Source: an uncultured beta proteobacterium (lineage in GTDB: Bacteria; Pseudomonadota; Gammaproteobacteria; Burkholderiales; Burkholderiaceae_D). From it: 64,000 nt of DNA. Under the pieces are notes generated by a model. The model had not been told where the DNA came from, made no database searches, and saw only the letters and a program-made list of their open reading frames with translations. Position numbers and translations under genes: made by a program. The DNA lies in NCBI GenBank assembly GCA_942492925.1, contig OW818641.1, positions 480,461 through 544,460 on the forward strand, in the 5' to 3' direction. Below, in pieces: positions 1-10,053 of this stretch. How positions within the stretch are numbered: position 1 is the stretch's first letter; every line of letters starts with the position of its first letter.

Positions 1-600
1 CTGGCGACCGGCGAAGTGTATATGCGCGTGGCACAAGCCGAGACGATTTTCACGTCCCTGCTCTCGATGCTGGGTTTTGGCCGCTTCAAGTTGCATGTCG
101 CGCCGGTGTGGTCGTATCTCGACTATCTGGTGGAGCAAGCCGATGCGGAAATCCGCACGACACCGCAAGCCGATGTGAAAGCGGCGGAAGCGCGCCGCAA
201 ACGCATTGCGCGGCTGCGCTGGGTGTTGCGCAATCTGATCGCAAAGCCGATTTACGAAGCCGCGGGATTGTCGTTGCCGGAATCGGCGGGCGAACACATG
301 AAGGTTGCGGAAGAAGTCTTGCCGACCTTGCGTCCCTTCGGCGAACTGGCTCCGTATCTTGGTGAAGTCATCGGCAGCTTGCGACATGGCTCGGATTTGA
401 TTTTGAACGTTGCCCCGACAAGCTGCATGGTGTCCACGATGAGTCAGGTCTTCACGCCGAAGTTGCGACAAGTTGGGTGTGGCGAGGGGCACGTGCAGCA
501 TCTCTTTTCGGCGGATGGGGAAGTGAACGAGGAATTGCTGTCGCTCGCGTTGCTCAAGTCGATGGGGCCCGAGGTGTTGGCGAGGCGGGGGTTGCGGTAA
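1..600 (+). CDS. C-terminal fragment of a conserved protein of uncertain function; the 5' end lies outside the window. It may be related to acyl-CoA dehydratase/activase-type proteins.
   Basis: The frame is open from nt 1 (LATGEVYMRV...) to the stop at 598-600. Composition is protein-like. An ...LILNVAPTSCM... motif is reminiscent of HgdB/activase-related families, but this was recognised from memory only. Confidence 0.5.
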   Translation: MATGEVYMRVAQAETIFTSLLSMLGFGRFKLHVAPVWSYLDYLVEQADAEIRTTPQADVKAAEARRKRIARLRWVLRNLIAKPIYEAAGLSLPESAGEHMKVAEEVLPTLRPFGELAPYLGEVIGSLRHGSDLILNVAPTSCMVSTMSQVFTPKLRQVGCGEGHVQHLFSADGEVNEELLSLALLKSMGPEVLARRGLR

Positions 601-611
601 ACCTTTTCGCC

Positions 612-634
612 CCCTCTCCCCTCGCGGGAGAGGG
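612..634. repeat. REP-like perfect palindrome (CCCTCTCCC-CTCGC-GGGAGAGGG) just after the stop of the upstream CDS
   Basis: A 9-bp perfect stem with a 5-nt loop was read directly. It is followed by a G-rich tract rather than a T-run, so it looks like a REP-type element rather than a classical terminator. Confidence 0.6.
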
Positions 635-671
635 TTGGGGTGAGGGGGGTATGAGCAGGCGTTTCCAGTAA

Positions 672-930
672 TTTGAACGTGCCGGGGGTGGCCCGGCGGC
701 CACATCCTTTTCTTGTCTCGCCAAGAAAAGGATGCAAAAGAAGGCGACCGCGGCGCCGCTGAATGCTCCGCTGTCGTGAAGGAAAAAGCGGGAAACAAAA
801 GAAACTCGCTGCGCTCAAACAACTTTTGTTTCTGATCCGCTTTTCCCTCCCCGCCAGCGGCAGCGTCGCAAGCGGATACAAACCCAAGCGGTAGAAATAA
901 ATTGAAGTCTACTCCCCCCTTAGCTCATTA
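672..930 (+). repeat. Copy A of a ~260-bp structured intergenic repeat; copy B is at 15478-15755
   Basis: It aligns by eye with 15478-15755 along its whole length. It contains hairpins H1 (GCCGGG...CCCGGC), H2 (703-734) and H3 (784-844). It ends about 25 nt from the comM stop codon. Confidence 0.8.
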
Positions 931-955
931 GGCAAAGCAGCTTGCAATCAGTACG

Positions 956-2473
956 CTATCGTTCCATTAGCGCCCGTCGATACTGAATGGCTTCGGCGAC
1001 GTGCGTTTGGGTCACTTTGTCCGAATCGGCGAGATCGGCAATCGTGCGTGCGAGTTTGAGCACGCGATGGTAGGCGCGCGCTGACCAGTTCAGCCGTGTC
1101 ATCGCACTGCGCAACAATTTTTCTCCGGCGGTATCCGGCTTGCAGTGTCGGTCGATTTCTTTCGTGCTCAGTTGACTGTTGGGGCTGTTCTGACGCGCCT
1201 GCTGTACCTCAGAAGCGCGTGCAACGCGCGCTGCAATGGTGGCTGACGACTCGCCATCGGCCTGCAACATCAATTCATCCTGAGAGAGCGCGCCGACGTG
1301 AATCTGCATGTCGATGCGGTCGAGCATCGGGCCGGAAATGCGATCCTGGTAGCGTGCAACTACGTCGGGTGTGCACCGGCATTTTCCCGAGGGGTGGCCG
1401 AGATGGCCGCATGGACAGGGATTCATCGCGGCGAGCAACTGGAAACGCGCCGGAAAATCGGCTTGTCGCGCGGCGCGCGAAATGGTGATAAGACCGGATT
1501 CCATCGGCTCGCGCAAGACTTCCAGCACCTTGCGTTCGAATTCCGGCAATTCATCCAGAAAAAGTACGCCGCAATGCGCGAGCGAAATTTCGCCGGGGCG
1601 CGGTGTGCTGCCCCCGCCAACGAGCGCGACGCCCGACGCCGTGTGATGGGGCGCGCGATAGGGGCGCGTCTTCCAGCGCGACACATCGAATCCCCCGGTC
1701 AGCGATTGCACGGCCGCAGACTCCAGTGCCTCCTCCTCCGTCATGGGTGGCAGGATGCCCGCAAAGCGCGAGGCCAGCATGGTTTTCCCGGTGCCGGGTG
1801 GGCCGACCATTAGCACGCTGTGTCCGCCTGCTGCCGCGACTTCCAGTGCGCGTTTGGCTTGCTGCTGACCTTTGACTTCTGCGAAGTCCGGGTAGAGGGG
1901 GCGGATGCGTTGAGCGTTCGGAATATGTCGGGGTAGTTTGGCATAGGCGCAGGTGGGCGCGAGTTGTGAGCAAGCTTCCAGCAAGGAGGAGGCTGGCAAA
2001 ATGGTGGCATCGCGCACGAGCGCCGCTTCGTTGGCATTGGCGTGCGGCAGGATGAAGGCGCGCTGTTTTCCGTCGCCGCTGCGCTGCATGGCATACGTCA
2101 TCGCCAGCGCACCGCGGATAGGACGCAATTCGCCGGAGAGCGAGAGTTCGCCCGCGAATTCATAGTGATCGAGCGTGTGCGCGGAAATTTGGCCGGACGC
2201 AGCGAGAATGCCGAGTGCGATCGGCAAATCGAAACGGCCGGATTCTTTCGGCAGATCGGCGGGGGCGAGATTGACGGTGATGCGTCGCGCCGGGAATTCA
2301 AAACGGGAATTCTGGATGGCGGCGCGCACGCGATCCCGCGCTTCCTTCACTTCGGTTTCAGGCAGCCCGACGATGGTCATGCCGGGCAAGCCATTCGCCA
2401 GATGCACTTCCACAGTGACTTCAGGTGCAGACATGCCATTCAAGGCGCGGCTTTTGAGGATAGCTAGGCTCAT
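956..2473 (-). CDS. comM: YifB/ComM-family Mg-chelatase-like AAA+ ATPase
   Basis: 505 aa starting MSLAILKSRALNG. It has a Lon-protease-like N-terminal domain, Walker A GPPGTGKT, Walker B LFLDELPEF and a Cys-rich CPCG...C.C motif. The longer 832-aa ORF in the track is an artefact; see the rejected list. Confidence 0.92.
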   Translation of the reverse strand: MSLAILKSRALNGMSAPEVTVEVHLANGLPGMTIVGLPETEVKEARDRVRAAIQNSRFEFPARRITVNLAPADLPKESGRFDLPIALGILAASGQISAHTLDHYEFAGELSLSGELRPIRGALAMTYAMQRSGDGKQRAFILPHANANEAALVRDATILPASSLLEACSQLAPTCAYAKLPRHIPNAQRIRPLYPDFAEVKGQQQAKRALEVAAAGGHSVLMVGPPGTGKTMLASRFAGILPPMTEEEALESAAVQSLTGGFDVSRWKTRPYRAPHHTASGVALVGGGSTPRPGEISLAHCGVLFLDELPEFERKVLEVLREPMESGLITISRAARQADFPARFQLLAAMNPCPCGHLGHPSGKCRCTPDVVARYQDRISGPMLDRIDMQIHVGALSQDELMLQADGESSATIAARVARASEVQQARQNSPNSQLSTKEIDRHCKPDTAGEKLLRSAMTRLNWSARAYHRVLKLARTIADLADSDKVTQTHVAEAIQYRRALMER

Positions 2474-2755
2474 GTTGAGGTCTATTGATTGGGTCGCCAT
2501 GCAGGCATGGCCATGCCTGCTAGTTTGAAGTAAAAATGTTTTTTTAACAATTAAAATTACACCGTCGCCATAGTCGTGGCGGGTTTGTGTGGCGGTCATA
2601 GCGTGGGCTGAAAAATAAATGACTTCATCGGTCTGGGGGTAAAAAGATAAGTGCTGACGTATTGCGTGCTTCCGGGATAAAATGATTTCTTTAAACCAAC
2701 GTTTTTTGACTTCTTTTAAACGTAATTTGGTTTTTTCAATCTCATTGGCCGAGCG

Positions 2756-3781
2756 ATGATGAGTCCTGAACGACAGCAGTTGATTCGCGCCCTCTTTGAC
2801 GAATACATCGAGATGTATGCGTCGCGCGATGATCGCTTGACCGAACGTTTCAGCGACAATTTCAGCGGTTACGCTGGCAGCAGCAGCGTGCTCGTCAAGG
2901 ATCGCGAAGAATGGATCCGGGTCACCAGGCAGGATTTTGCGCAAGTGCCACAGCGGGTGGGCATTGAACTGCAGAGTCTGTCGATGCAGGATCTGGCCGA
3001 AAACTGCGTGATGGTGACGGCGTTCTTTTATATTCATTTGCCGCTGCCAGCCAAATTCCTGTCGGACGAAATTGCCCGCCTGGTGCTGGTCTTTCAGCGC
3101 GAAGGCGAAGACTGGAAAATCGCGCACAGCGGCATTTCGGTGCCGTATCATGAGGCCGGCGAAGGCGAAATCTATCCGCTCAAGAGCATGCAGCAGCGCA
3201 ATCGCGATCTGGAAGCCATTGTGGACGAGCGCACGCAAGCCCTGAAAGAAGTCAATCAAAAGCTCGAAGCGCTCAGCAATACCGACGGTTTGACGGGCAT
3301 CGCTAACCGGCGTTACTTCGATCGGCTTTTGAGGCAGGAATGGAATCGGGCCAAACGTGCGGGGCATGCCATCTCGCTTCTCCTGATCGACGTGGATCAC
3401 TTCAAGCAGTTTAACGATGTACACGGACACTTGGCGGGCGACGCCTGTTTGCAAACCTTCGCGAAGAAAATGTCGAAAGTGGCGCGGCGCGGCGGTGAGC
3501 TGGCGGCGCGCTACGGTGGCGAAGAGTTCGTGATGCTCCTGCCCGACTCACGCGAACACGATGCGCTGGAAATGGCCCGGCGCATCCAGGTGGTGGCGCA
3601 GTCGCTGAAGCTGCCGCATATTAATAGGGGACCAGGTATGATCACGGTCAGCATCGGCATTGCCAGTTGCATTCCCGGAAAAGAAGACAATGCGGAAAGC
3701 CTGATTCACGAGGCTGATCAGGCCCTTTATCAGGCCAAAAGCGCGGGACGCAACGCTATTCGGCTGGCCTCCTGCGGATAA
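2756..3781 (+). CDS. Diguanylate cyclase with an NTF2/SnoaL-like N-terminal domain, a coiled-coil linker and a GGDEF domain
   Basis: TDGLTGIANRRYF and an RYGGEEF active-site motif are present. The N-terminal ~130 aa have the DUF4440/SnoaL-like pattern (LFDEYIEMYASRD...WKIAHSG). Confidence 0.88.
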   Translation: MMSPERQQLIRALFDEYIEMYASRDDRLTERFSDNFSGYAGSSSVLVKDREEWIRVTRQDFAQVPQRVGIELQSLSMQDLAENCVMVTAFFYIHLPLPAKFLSDEIARLVLVFQREGEDWKIAHSGISVPYHEAGEGEIYPLKSMQQRNRDLEAIVDERTQALKEVNQKLEALSNTDGLTGIANRRYFDRLLRQEWNRAKRAGHAISLLLIDVDHFKQFNDVHGHLAGDACLQTFAKKMSKVARRGGELAARYGGEEFVMLLPDSREHDALEMARRIQVVAQSLKLPHINRGPGMITVSIGIASCIPGKEDNAESLIHEADQALYQAKSAGRNAIRLASCG

Positions 3782-3886
3782 GCACCGAAGTCGTCCGCTT
3801 GCTGACGCCCAACCGCACGGGGCGTTCAGCGATACCCGGTCGTATGGTTCTAGCGCCACCCGCTGGCGCTTTCAGCCGGTTTGCCG

Positions 3887-4147
3887 TCACGTTCGCCGAT
3901 GCACGGCTTCGGGCGTCAACATTTTTTCCATTTCCGCCACCCGCTTTTCCAACACATCCAGCCTTTCGCGTATGCGGGCCAGCTGAAGCGCCTGCGCTTC
4001 GAATTCCTCGCGCGGCACCATGTCGAGCTTCGCCAATCCTTGCGTGAGTAGCGCGCGGACATTCTTTTCCAAATCCTTGGCAGGCGTGGTTTGGAGGAGT
4101 TGATTGATTTGGCTTTGAACCTGATCAATGAATTGTTTAGGGTCCAT
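3887..4147 (-). CDS. ubiK: UbiK/YqiC-family accessory factor, a small coiled-coil protein
   Basis: 86 aa from MDPKQFIDQVQ... with the ...MVPREEFEAQ...L..LE.RV..LE pattern typical of UbiK/BMFP. The start at 4147 was chosen over the upstream in-frame ATG at 4174. Confidence 0.75.
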   Translation of the reverse strand: MDPKQFIDQVQSQINQLLQTTPAKDLEKNVRALLTQGLAKLDMVPREEFEAQALQLARIRERLDVLEKRVAEMEKMLTPEAVHRRT

Positions 4148-4156
4148 GATATTCCT

Positions 4157-4201
4157 TGCACTGTTTTGATGCATAGTCGGTCGGCATGCCAGATTGGTGC
4201 A
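4157..4201. promoter_or_regulatory. Two candidate NtrC binding sites acting as an upstream activator sequence
   Basis: Site one is TGCACTGTTTTGATGCA (4157-4173) and site two is CATGCCAGATTGGTGCA (4185-4201). The consensus is TGCACCA-N3-TGGTGCA. They lie about 110-155 bp upstream of the sigma54 -24/-12 element. Confidence 0.6.
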
Positions 4202-4311
4202 TCGTCGATTCTATATGGCCTGGGTGGCGTAGGCATTGTGTATGGCTGTGAATGGTAGCGCACTCTCGAAGCCACGCGCAAAAACTTGTCGAAACCGGGA
4301 GTCAAGCGAGC

Positions 4312-4327
4312 TGGCACGACTTCTGCT
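4312..4327 (+). promoter_or_regulatory. Sigma54 (-24/-12) promoter for the porin-glnK-amtB operon
   Basis: TGGCACGACTTCTGCT matches TGGCACG-N4-TTGCW with GG and GC at the canonical spacing. It lies 70 nt upstream of the ATG at 4397. Confidence 0.75.
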
Positions 4328-4396
4328 TTATAGGGAATGAAACCGGTATGGTTCCGAATATCAACCTCTTGGCAGACATACAAATAAGGAAACGTT

Positions 4397-5483
<1,087 letters not shown>

Positions 5484-5493
5484 GAGAACGGTC

Positions 5494-7017
5494 ATGAAAA
5501 AGTTTATTTCAAGTATGTTGAGTGTGTTGGCGCTGGTGGCCGCAATTGGGTTTGCCTTGCCTGCGCAGGCCGCTGATCCGGCGCCGTCTGCATCAGCAGT
5601 GGCTTCGGCATCGGTATCCGCTTCTGTATCGGCAGCGGCCGCAACGCCCGCGGGTGATGCAGCAGCAGCCCCGGCAGCACCGGCACCGTCGCCGAACAAG
5701 GCCGACACCGCCTGGATCATGGTGTGTGCCGTGCTGGTGATCTTGATGAGCATTCCGGGGATTGCGCTGTTTTACGGCGGCCTGGTGCGATCAAAGAACA
5801 TGCTATCGGTTTTGATGCAATCGTTCTCGATTTTCGCCTTCGTCATCGTGCTGTGGTGCATTTACGGCTATTCGCTGGCCTTCACCGAAGGCACGAGTTT
5901 CGTCGGTGGATTTGACCGCCTGTTCCTGAATGGCATCTACGATTCGGCCAAGGGCAGCTTCACGACAGCGGCCACCTTCAGCAAAGGCGTGGTGATTCCG
6001 GAATACGTTTTCGTGGTTTTCCAGGGTGCTTTCGCTGCGATTACCTGCTGCCTGATCATCGGGTCGTTTGCCGAGCGCGTGAAATTCTCGGCCGTCATGC
6101 TCTTCGTGCTGATCTGGTTCACGTTCTCTTATATCCCCATGGCGCACATGGTGTGGTTCTGGACCGGCCCGGATGCGATTACCAGCGCGGAAACGCTGGC
6201 AACGGAAACGGCCAAGGCGGGCTTCCTGTTCCAGAAGGGTGCGCTGGACTTCGCCGGTGGCACGGTGGTGCATATCAATGCCGCGATTGCTGGCTTGATC
6301 GGTTCGTACATGATCGGCAAGCGCGTCGGTCTGGGTAAAGACTCCATGGCACCGCACTCGTTGACGATGACGATGATTGGCGCGTCGCTGCTGTGGGTCG
6401 GCTGGTTCGGTTTCAATGCGGGTTCCGCGCTGGAAGCGAACGACATCTCTGCACTGGCCTTCGTCAACACCTTGCTCGCGACGGCTGCGGCAACCACTTC
6501 CTGGGTGATTGGCGAGTGGGTGATCAAACGTAAACCGTCGATGCTGGGCGGCGCGTCAGGTGCTGTGGCTGGCTTGGTGGCGGTCACTCCGGCTGCTGGT
6601 TTCATCGGCCCGATGGGTGCGCTGATTATGGGTTTGCTCGCAGGGCTGGTCTGCCTGTGGGGTGTCACTGGTCTGAAGCGCCTGCTCGGTGCAGATGACT
6701 CGCTGGATGTCTTCGGTGTGCATGGCGTGGGCGGCATTATGGGCGCACTGCTCACGGGTGTATTCGCCAGTCCGTCACTCGGCGGCCAAGGGATCTTCGA
6801 CTACGTGATCAACAAGGCTTCGACCGATCCGTATTCGATCTTCGGTCAAGTGTGGGTGCAGTTCCAGGCAGTCATCGTCTGCATTATCTGGTCAGCTGTG
6901 GTTTCTTTCATCGCCTACAAGCTGGTGGATCTCGTCATCGGGCTGCGTGTGCCGGAAGAAGCAGAGCGTGAAGGTCTGGACATCACGACCCACGGCGAAT
7001 CGGCGTACCACCTGTAG
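5494..7017 (+). CDS. amtB: Ammonium transporter AmtB with a signal peptide and an Ala/Ser/Pro-rich linker
   Basis: The ATG at 5494 is preceded by GGAGAA. Amt/MEP signatures (DFAGG.VVH, GVHG.GG..G) are present across 11-12 hydrophobic segments. Confidence 0.95.
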   Translation: MKKFISSMLSVLALVAAIGFALPAQAADPAPSASAVASASVSASVSAAAATPAGDAAAAPAAPAPSPNKADTAWIMVCAVLVILMSIPGIALFYGGLVRSKNMLSVLMQSFSIFAFVIVLWCIYGYSLAFTEGTSFVGGFDRLFLNGIYDSAKGSFTTAATFSKGVVIPEYVFVVFQGAFAAITCCLIIGSFAERVKFSAVMLFVLIWFTFSYIPMAHMVWFWTGPDAITSAETLATETAKAGFLFQKGALDFAGGTVVHINAAIAGLIGSYMIGKRVGLGKDSMAPHSLTMTMIGASLLWVGWFGFNAGSALEANDISALAFVNTLLATAAATTSWVIGEWVIKRKPSMLGGASGAVAGLVAVTPAAGFIGPMGALIMGLLAGLVCLWGVTGLKRLLGADDSLDVFGVHGVGGIMGALLTGVFASPSLGGQGIFDYVINKASTDPYSIFGQVWVQFQAVIVCIIWSAVVSFIAYKLVDLVIGLRVPEEAEREGLDITTHGESAYHL

Positions 7018-7068
7018 GAGCGAAGCAAGCGTAGTAGATAAGCGATCTTCATTTTTCCTGTCCTTTGG

Positions 7069-7096
7069 AAGCGCCTCTTCGGAGGCGCTTTTTTTT
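7069..7096 (+). terminator. Rho-independent terminator of the glnK-amtB operon
   Basis: GCGCCTC-TTCG-GAGGCGC is followed by T8. Confidence 0.85.
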
Positions 7097-7227
7097 GGCG
7101 GGATTTTTGACAACGTTTGCCGTTGATATATATAAAATAGCCCCAATATTTATCGACAAATAGAGCGGAAAATCGATAGATAACGGCTAGAATCAGGAAA
7201 AATAACAAAACATTGGAAAAGGAAGCC

Positions 7228-8526
7228 ATGGTTCCCCATCTCGTCACTGCCTTGAATGGCCCTTTGCTTGATCTGGAAAAGAAAATTCTGGACGCCACTC
7301 CCGCCATTGAACGCTGGTTCCGTCTGGAATGGCAAGATCACACGCCGCCCTTCTATTGCTCGGTTGATTTGCGTAACGCCGGTTTTAAACTGGCACCGGT
7401 CGATACCAACCTGTTCCCCGGCGGATTTAACAACCTCGCGCAAGAAATGCTGCCCCTTACGGTGCAGGCAGCGATGGCCGCGATCGACAAGTATTGCCCT
7501 GATGCGAAAAATCTGCTGCTGATTCCGGAAAACCATACGCGCAATATGTACTACCTGATGAACATTGCGCGGCTGGTCAAAATTTTCCGTCAGACGGGGT
7601 TGAATGTGCGCTTGGGATCGTTGATGCCGGAGATCAAGGCGCCGACGCCCGTGGCGCTGCCCGACGGGAATATGCTGGTGCTGGAGCCGCTGGAGCGCTC
7701 GAAAAACGGACGGCGCCTTGGCGTGAAAGATTTTGATCCGTGCACGATTTTGCTGAACAACGATTTGAGCGCAGGCGTGCCGCCGATCCTCCAGAATCTG
7801 CACGAACAAACTTTGCTGCCACCACTGCACGCCGGCTGGACGGTGCGGCGCAAGAGCAATCACTTTGCCGCGTATGACGATGTGGTGCGGCGTTTTGCGC
7901 GACTGGTCGGTGTTGACCAATGGATGCTCAATCCGTTTTTCGCCAAGTGCGGCGAAATCAATTTCGCCCAGCGTTCCGGCGAGGAATGTCTGGAAGCGTC
8001 CGTCAATTCCGTGCTGGGGAGAATTCGCCGGAAATACAAGGAATACAAGATCACCGAGAAGCCTTTCGTGATCGTCAAGGCCGACGCCGGGACTTACGGC
8101 ATGGGCATCATGACGGTGACTGATGCGAGTGAAATCAAGGATCTCAATCGCAAGCAGCGCAACAAAATGTCCGTCGTGAAAGACGGTCTGGAAGTGACTG
8201 AGGTGATTGTGCAGGAGGGCGTGCATTCGTTCGAGCGCATCAACGATGCGGTGGCCGAACCGGTGGTGTACATGATGGATCGTTATGTCGTCGGCGGTTT
8301 CTATCGTGTCCATGCTGAGCGCGACATCAACGAAAATCTGAATGCGCCGGGCGCACATTTTGTGCCGTTGGCTTTCGCGCAGCAGCACGCGATTCCGGAT
8401 TTTCGCGCCACACCTGGCACCACCGCACCCAACCGCTTTTACATGTATGGCGTGGTCGCACGACTGGCGCTGCTCGCGGCAGCGGTGGAGCTGGAAAAGA
8501 CCGATCCGAATCCGGAAGACTATTGA
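7228..8526 (+). CDS. gshA: Glutamate--cysteine ligase of the betaproteobacterial ~430-aa type
   Basis: The protein starts MVPHLVTALNGPLLDLEKKILDATPAIERWFRLEWQ...FYCSVDLRNAGFKLAPVDTNLFPGGFNN. The ATG at 7228 is preceded by AAGGAAG; the TTG at 7213 is a less likely start. The stop overlaps the gshB start (TGATG). Confidence 0.9.
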   Translation: MVPHLVTALNGPLLDLEKKILDATPAIERWFRLEWQDHTPPFYCSVDLRNAGFKLAPVDTNLFPGGFNNLAQEMLPLTVQAAMAAIDKYCPDAKNLLLIPENHTRNMYYLMNIARLVKIFRQTGLNVRLGSLMPEIKAPTPVALPDGNMLVLEPLERSKNGRRLGVKDFDPCTILLNNDLSAGVPPILQNLHEQTLLPPLHAGWTVRRKSNHFAAYDDVVRRFARLVGVDQWMLNPFFAKCGEINFAQRSGEECLEASVNSVLGRIRRKYKEYKITEKPFVIVKADAGTYGMGIMTVTDASEIKDLNRKQRNKMSVVKDGLEVTEVIVQEGVHSFERINDAVAEPVVYMMDRYVVGGFYRVHAERDINENLNAPGAHFVPLAFAQQHAIPDFRATPGTTAPNRFYMYGVVARLALLAAAVELEKTDPNPEDY

Positions 8527-9491
8527 TGAAATTCGCCTTCCTCGCCGATCCGCTGGACAGTTTCAAGATTTGGAAAGACTCCACCTATGCGATGATGGTC
8601 GAGGCGACAAAGCGCGGTCATGAGGTGCATGCCTTTCAGCAGAAAGATATGGCGATGGATAACGGCGGTATCATCGCCAATGTGGCGCGCATTCATCTTG
8701 CGTCCTCTGACAGCGATCCGGCCAACTGGTACACCGCCGACGCGCCGGTATCCCAACCGCTGACGGCATTTGACGCCATCATCAAGCGCAAGGATCCGCC
8801 TTTCGACATGGAATACGTTTATGCGACGTATTTGCTCGAGCTGGCCGAGCTGCAAGGCGTGCGCGTTTTCAATAGGCCGGCCGCCATTCGCAACCACAAT
8901 GAAAAACTCGCCATCGCGCAATTCCCGCAATTCACGGCGCCCACGCTGGTGACGAGCGACGAAGCGCGGTTACGGGCCTTCCATGCGCTGCATCGCGACA
9001 TCATCCTCAAGCCGCTGGATGGCATGGGCGGCACGGGGGTGTTTCGCGTGAAAGAGGATGGCCTGAATCTGGGCGCTATCATCGAGACGCTGACCAGCCA
9101 TGGGGAGAAGACCATCATGGCGCAGCGGTATCTTCCGGAAATCGCACTGGGCGACAAACGGATTTTGCTGATTGACGGACAGGTGGTTCCTTATGCACTG
9201 GCGCGGATTCCGCAGGCGGGTGAAGTGCGCGGCAACCTCGCGGCGGGCGGCACGGGCGTGGCGCAACCCTTGTCGGCGCGCGATCGCGAGATTGCCGAAA
9301 CGCTCGCCCCCGTTCTGGCCAGACGCGGATTGCTGCTGGTCGGGCTGGATGTGATTGGCGACTGTCTGACTGAAATCAATGTGACCAGTCCCACCTGTTT
9401 TCGGGAAATTACGCAGCAAACGGGCTTTAATGTGGCCGGGATGTTCTTAGATGCGGTGGAGCGGCAAGTTACGGTAGCCGCAAGCTGCTGA
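8526..9491 (+). CDS. gshB: Glutathione synthetase (ATP-grasp)
   Basis: MKFAFLADPLDSFKIWKDSTYAMM... with the ATP-grasp region KPLDGMGG.GVFR and RILLIDG. It is translationally coupled to gshA. Confidence 0.95.
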   Translation: MKFAFLADPLDSFKIWKDSTYAMMVEATKRGHEVHAFQQKDMAMDNGGIIANVARIHLASSDSDPANWYTADAPVSQPLTAFDAIIKRKDPPFDMEYVYATYLLELAELQGVRVFNRPAAIRNHNEKLAIAQFPQFTAPTLVTSDEARLRAFHALHRDIILKPLDGMGGTGVFRVKEDGLNLGAIIETLTSHGEKTIMAQRYLPEIALGDKRILLIDGQVVPYALARIPQAGEVRGNLAAGGTGVAQPLSARDREIAETLAPVLARRGLLLVGLDVIGDCLTEINVTSPTCFREITQQTGFNVAGMFLDAVERQVTVAASC

Positions 9492-9627
9492 GAAACGACT
9501 GGGGCGGGTCAGCGTGGGCGGGGCGGTTTTGCATTCTGAGCCCATTTGTCGTATCGTTTTCCCTGTTTGACCCGGAAAAGGTATTCCGGCTGTTTGGTTC
9601 GGCATTACACGAGGTACGCTTGTAAAC

Positions 9628-10014
9628 ATGATAGGCATTCTTCTTATTACGCACGCGCCATTGGGGCACGCTTTTGTGACCACGGCCGCCCACATGTTTT
9701 CCGCCGTACAGGAGCGGGTGGAAGCCATTGACGTGGTGGCAGATCAGGACCCTTGCGAGGTGAACACGCTCGCGCGCGAAGCCATTGCGCGGCTGGACGA
9801 TGGATCCGGTGTGCTGATCATGACCGATGTTATGGGGGGCACGCCTTCCAATTGCTGCAATGCCTTGCCGCTGGCCGGGCGGGTGGAAGTCATTGCCGGG
9901 ATCAGTTTGCCGATGCTGTTGCGTGCGATTACCTACCGCGAAAACGATCTCGATACGGTTGTGGAAAAAGCCTTGTCGGGCGCTATCAACGGCGCTGTGA
10001 AGGTGCACTTGTAA
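9628..10014 (+). CDS. PTS EIIA component of the mannose/fructose family, part of a regulatory PTS
   Basis: MIGILLITHAPLG has the phosphorylatable His in the ITH context, and DVMGGTPSN is present. It is followed by ptsH and ptsI, an arrangement typical of Burkholderiales. Confidence 0.85.
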   Translation: MIGILLITHAPLGHAFVTTAAHMFSAVQERVEAIDVVADQDPCEVNTLAREAIARLDDGSGVLIMTDVMGGTPSNCCNALPLAGRVEVIAGISLPMLLRAITYRENDLDTVVEKALSGAINGAVKVHL

Positions 10015-10053
10015 AACTTTGAAAAAAACCGCCAGACAGGCAAAGAAAAACGC

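Noticed and set aside
444-887. ORFs called inside the structured repeat copies (444-887 minus, 477-671 plus, 15479-15682 plus)
   Set aside because: They are made of palindromic repeat sequence. The reading frames are not conserved between the two copies and they lack RBSs.
956-3454. An 832-aa ORF that appears to extend comM far upstream
   Set aside because: Only the last 505 aa (from MSLAILKSR at 2473) are ComM-like. The upstream 326 codons are antisense to the well-supported GGDEF gene (2756-3781) and the AT-rich promoter gap, and their composition is low-complexity and not protein-like.
7150-8388. A 412-aa minus-strand ORF, representative of many long antisense ORFs. Others include 17194-18195, 27585-28604, 34191-35504, 36221-37864, 38257-39375, 40733-41953, 42141-43166, 43163-44146, 43819-45210 and 49410-50714.
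   Set aside because: Each lies fully antisense to a gene with unmistakable family motifs (gshA, trpB, oxc, glmS, xfp, glmU, frc, sucC, sucD, thiL and others). Their products are Arg/His/Gln-rich shadows, as is typical of GC-rich genomes.
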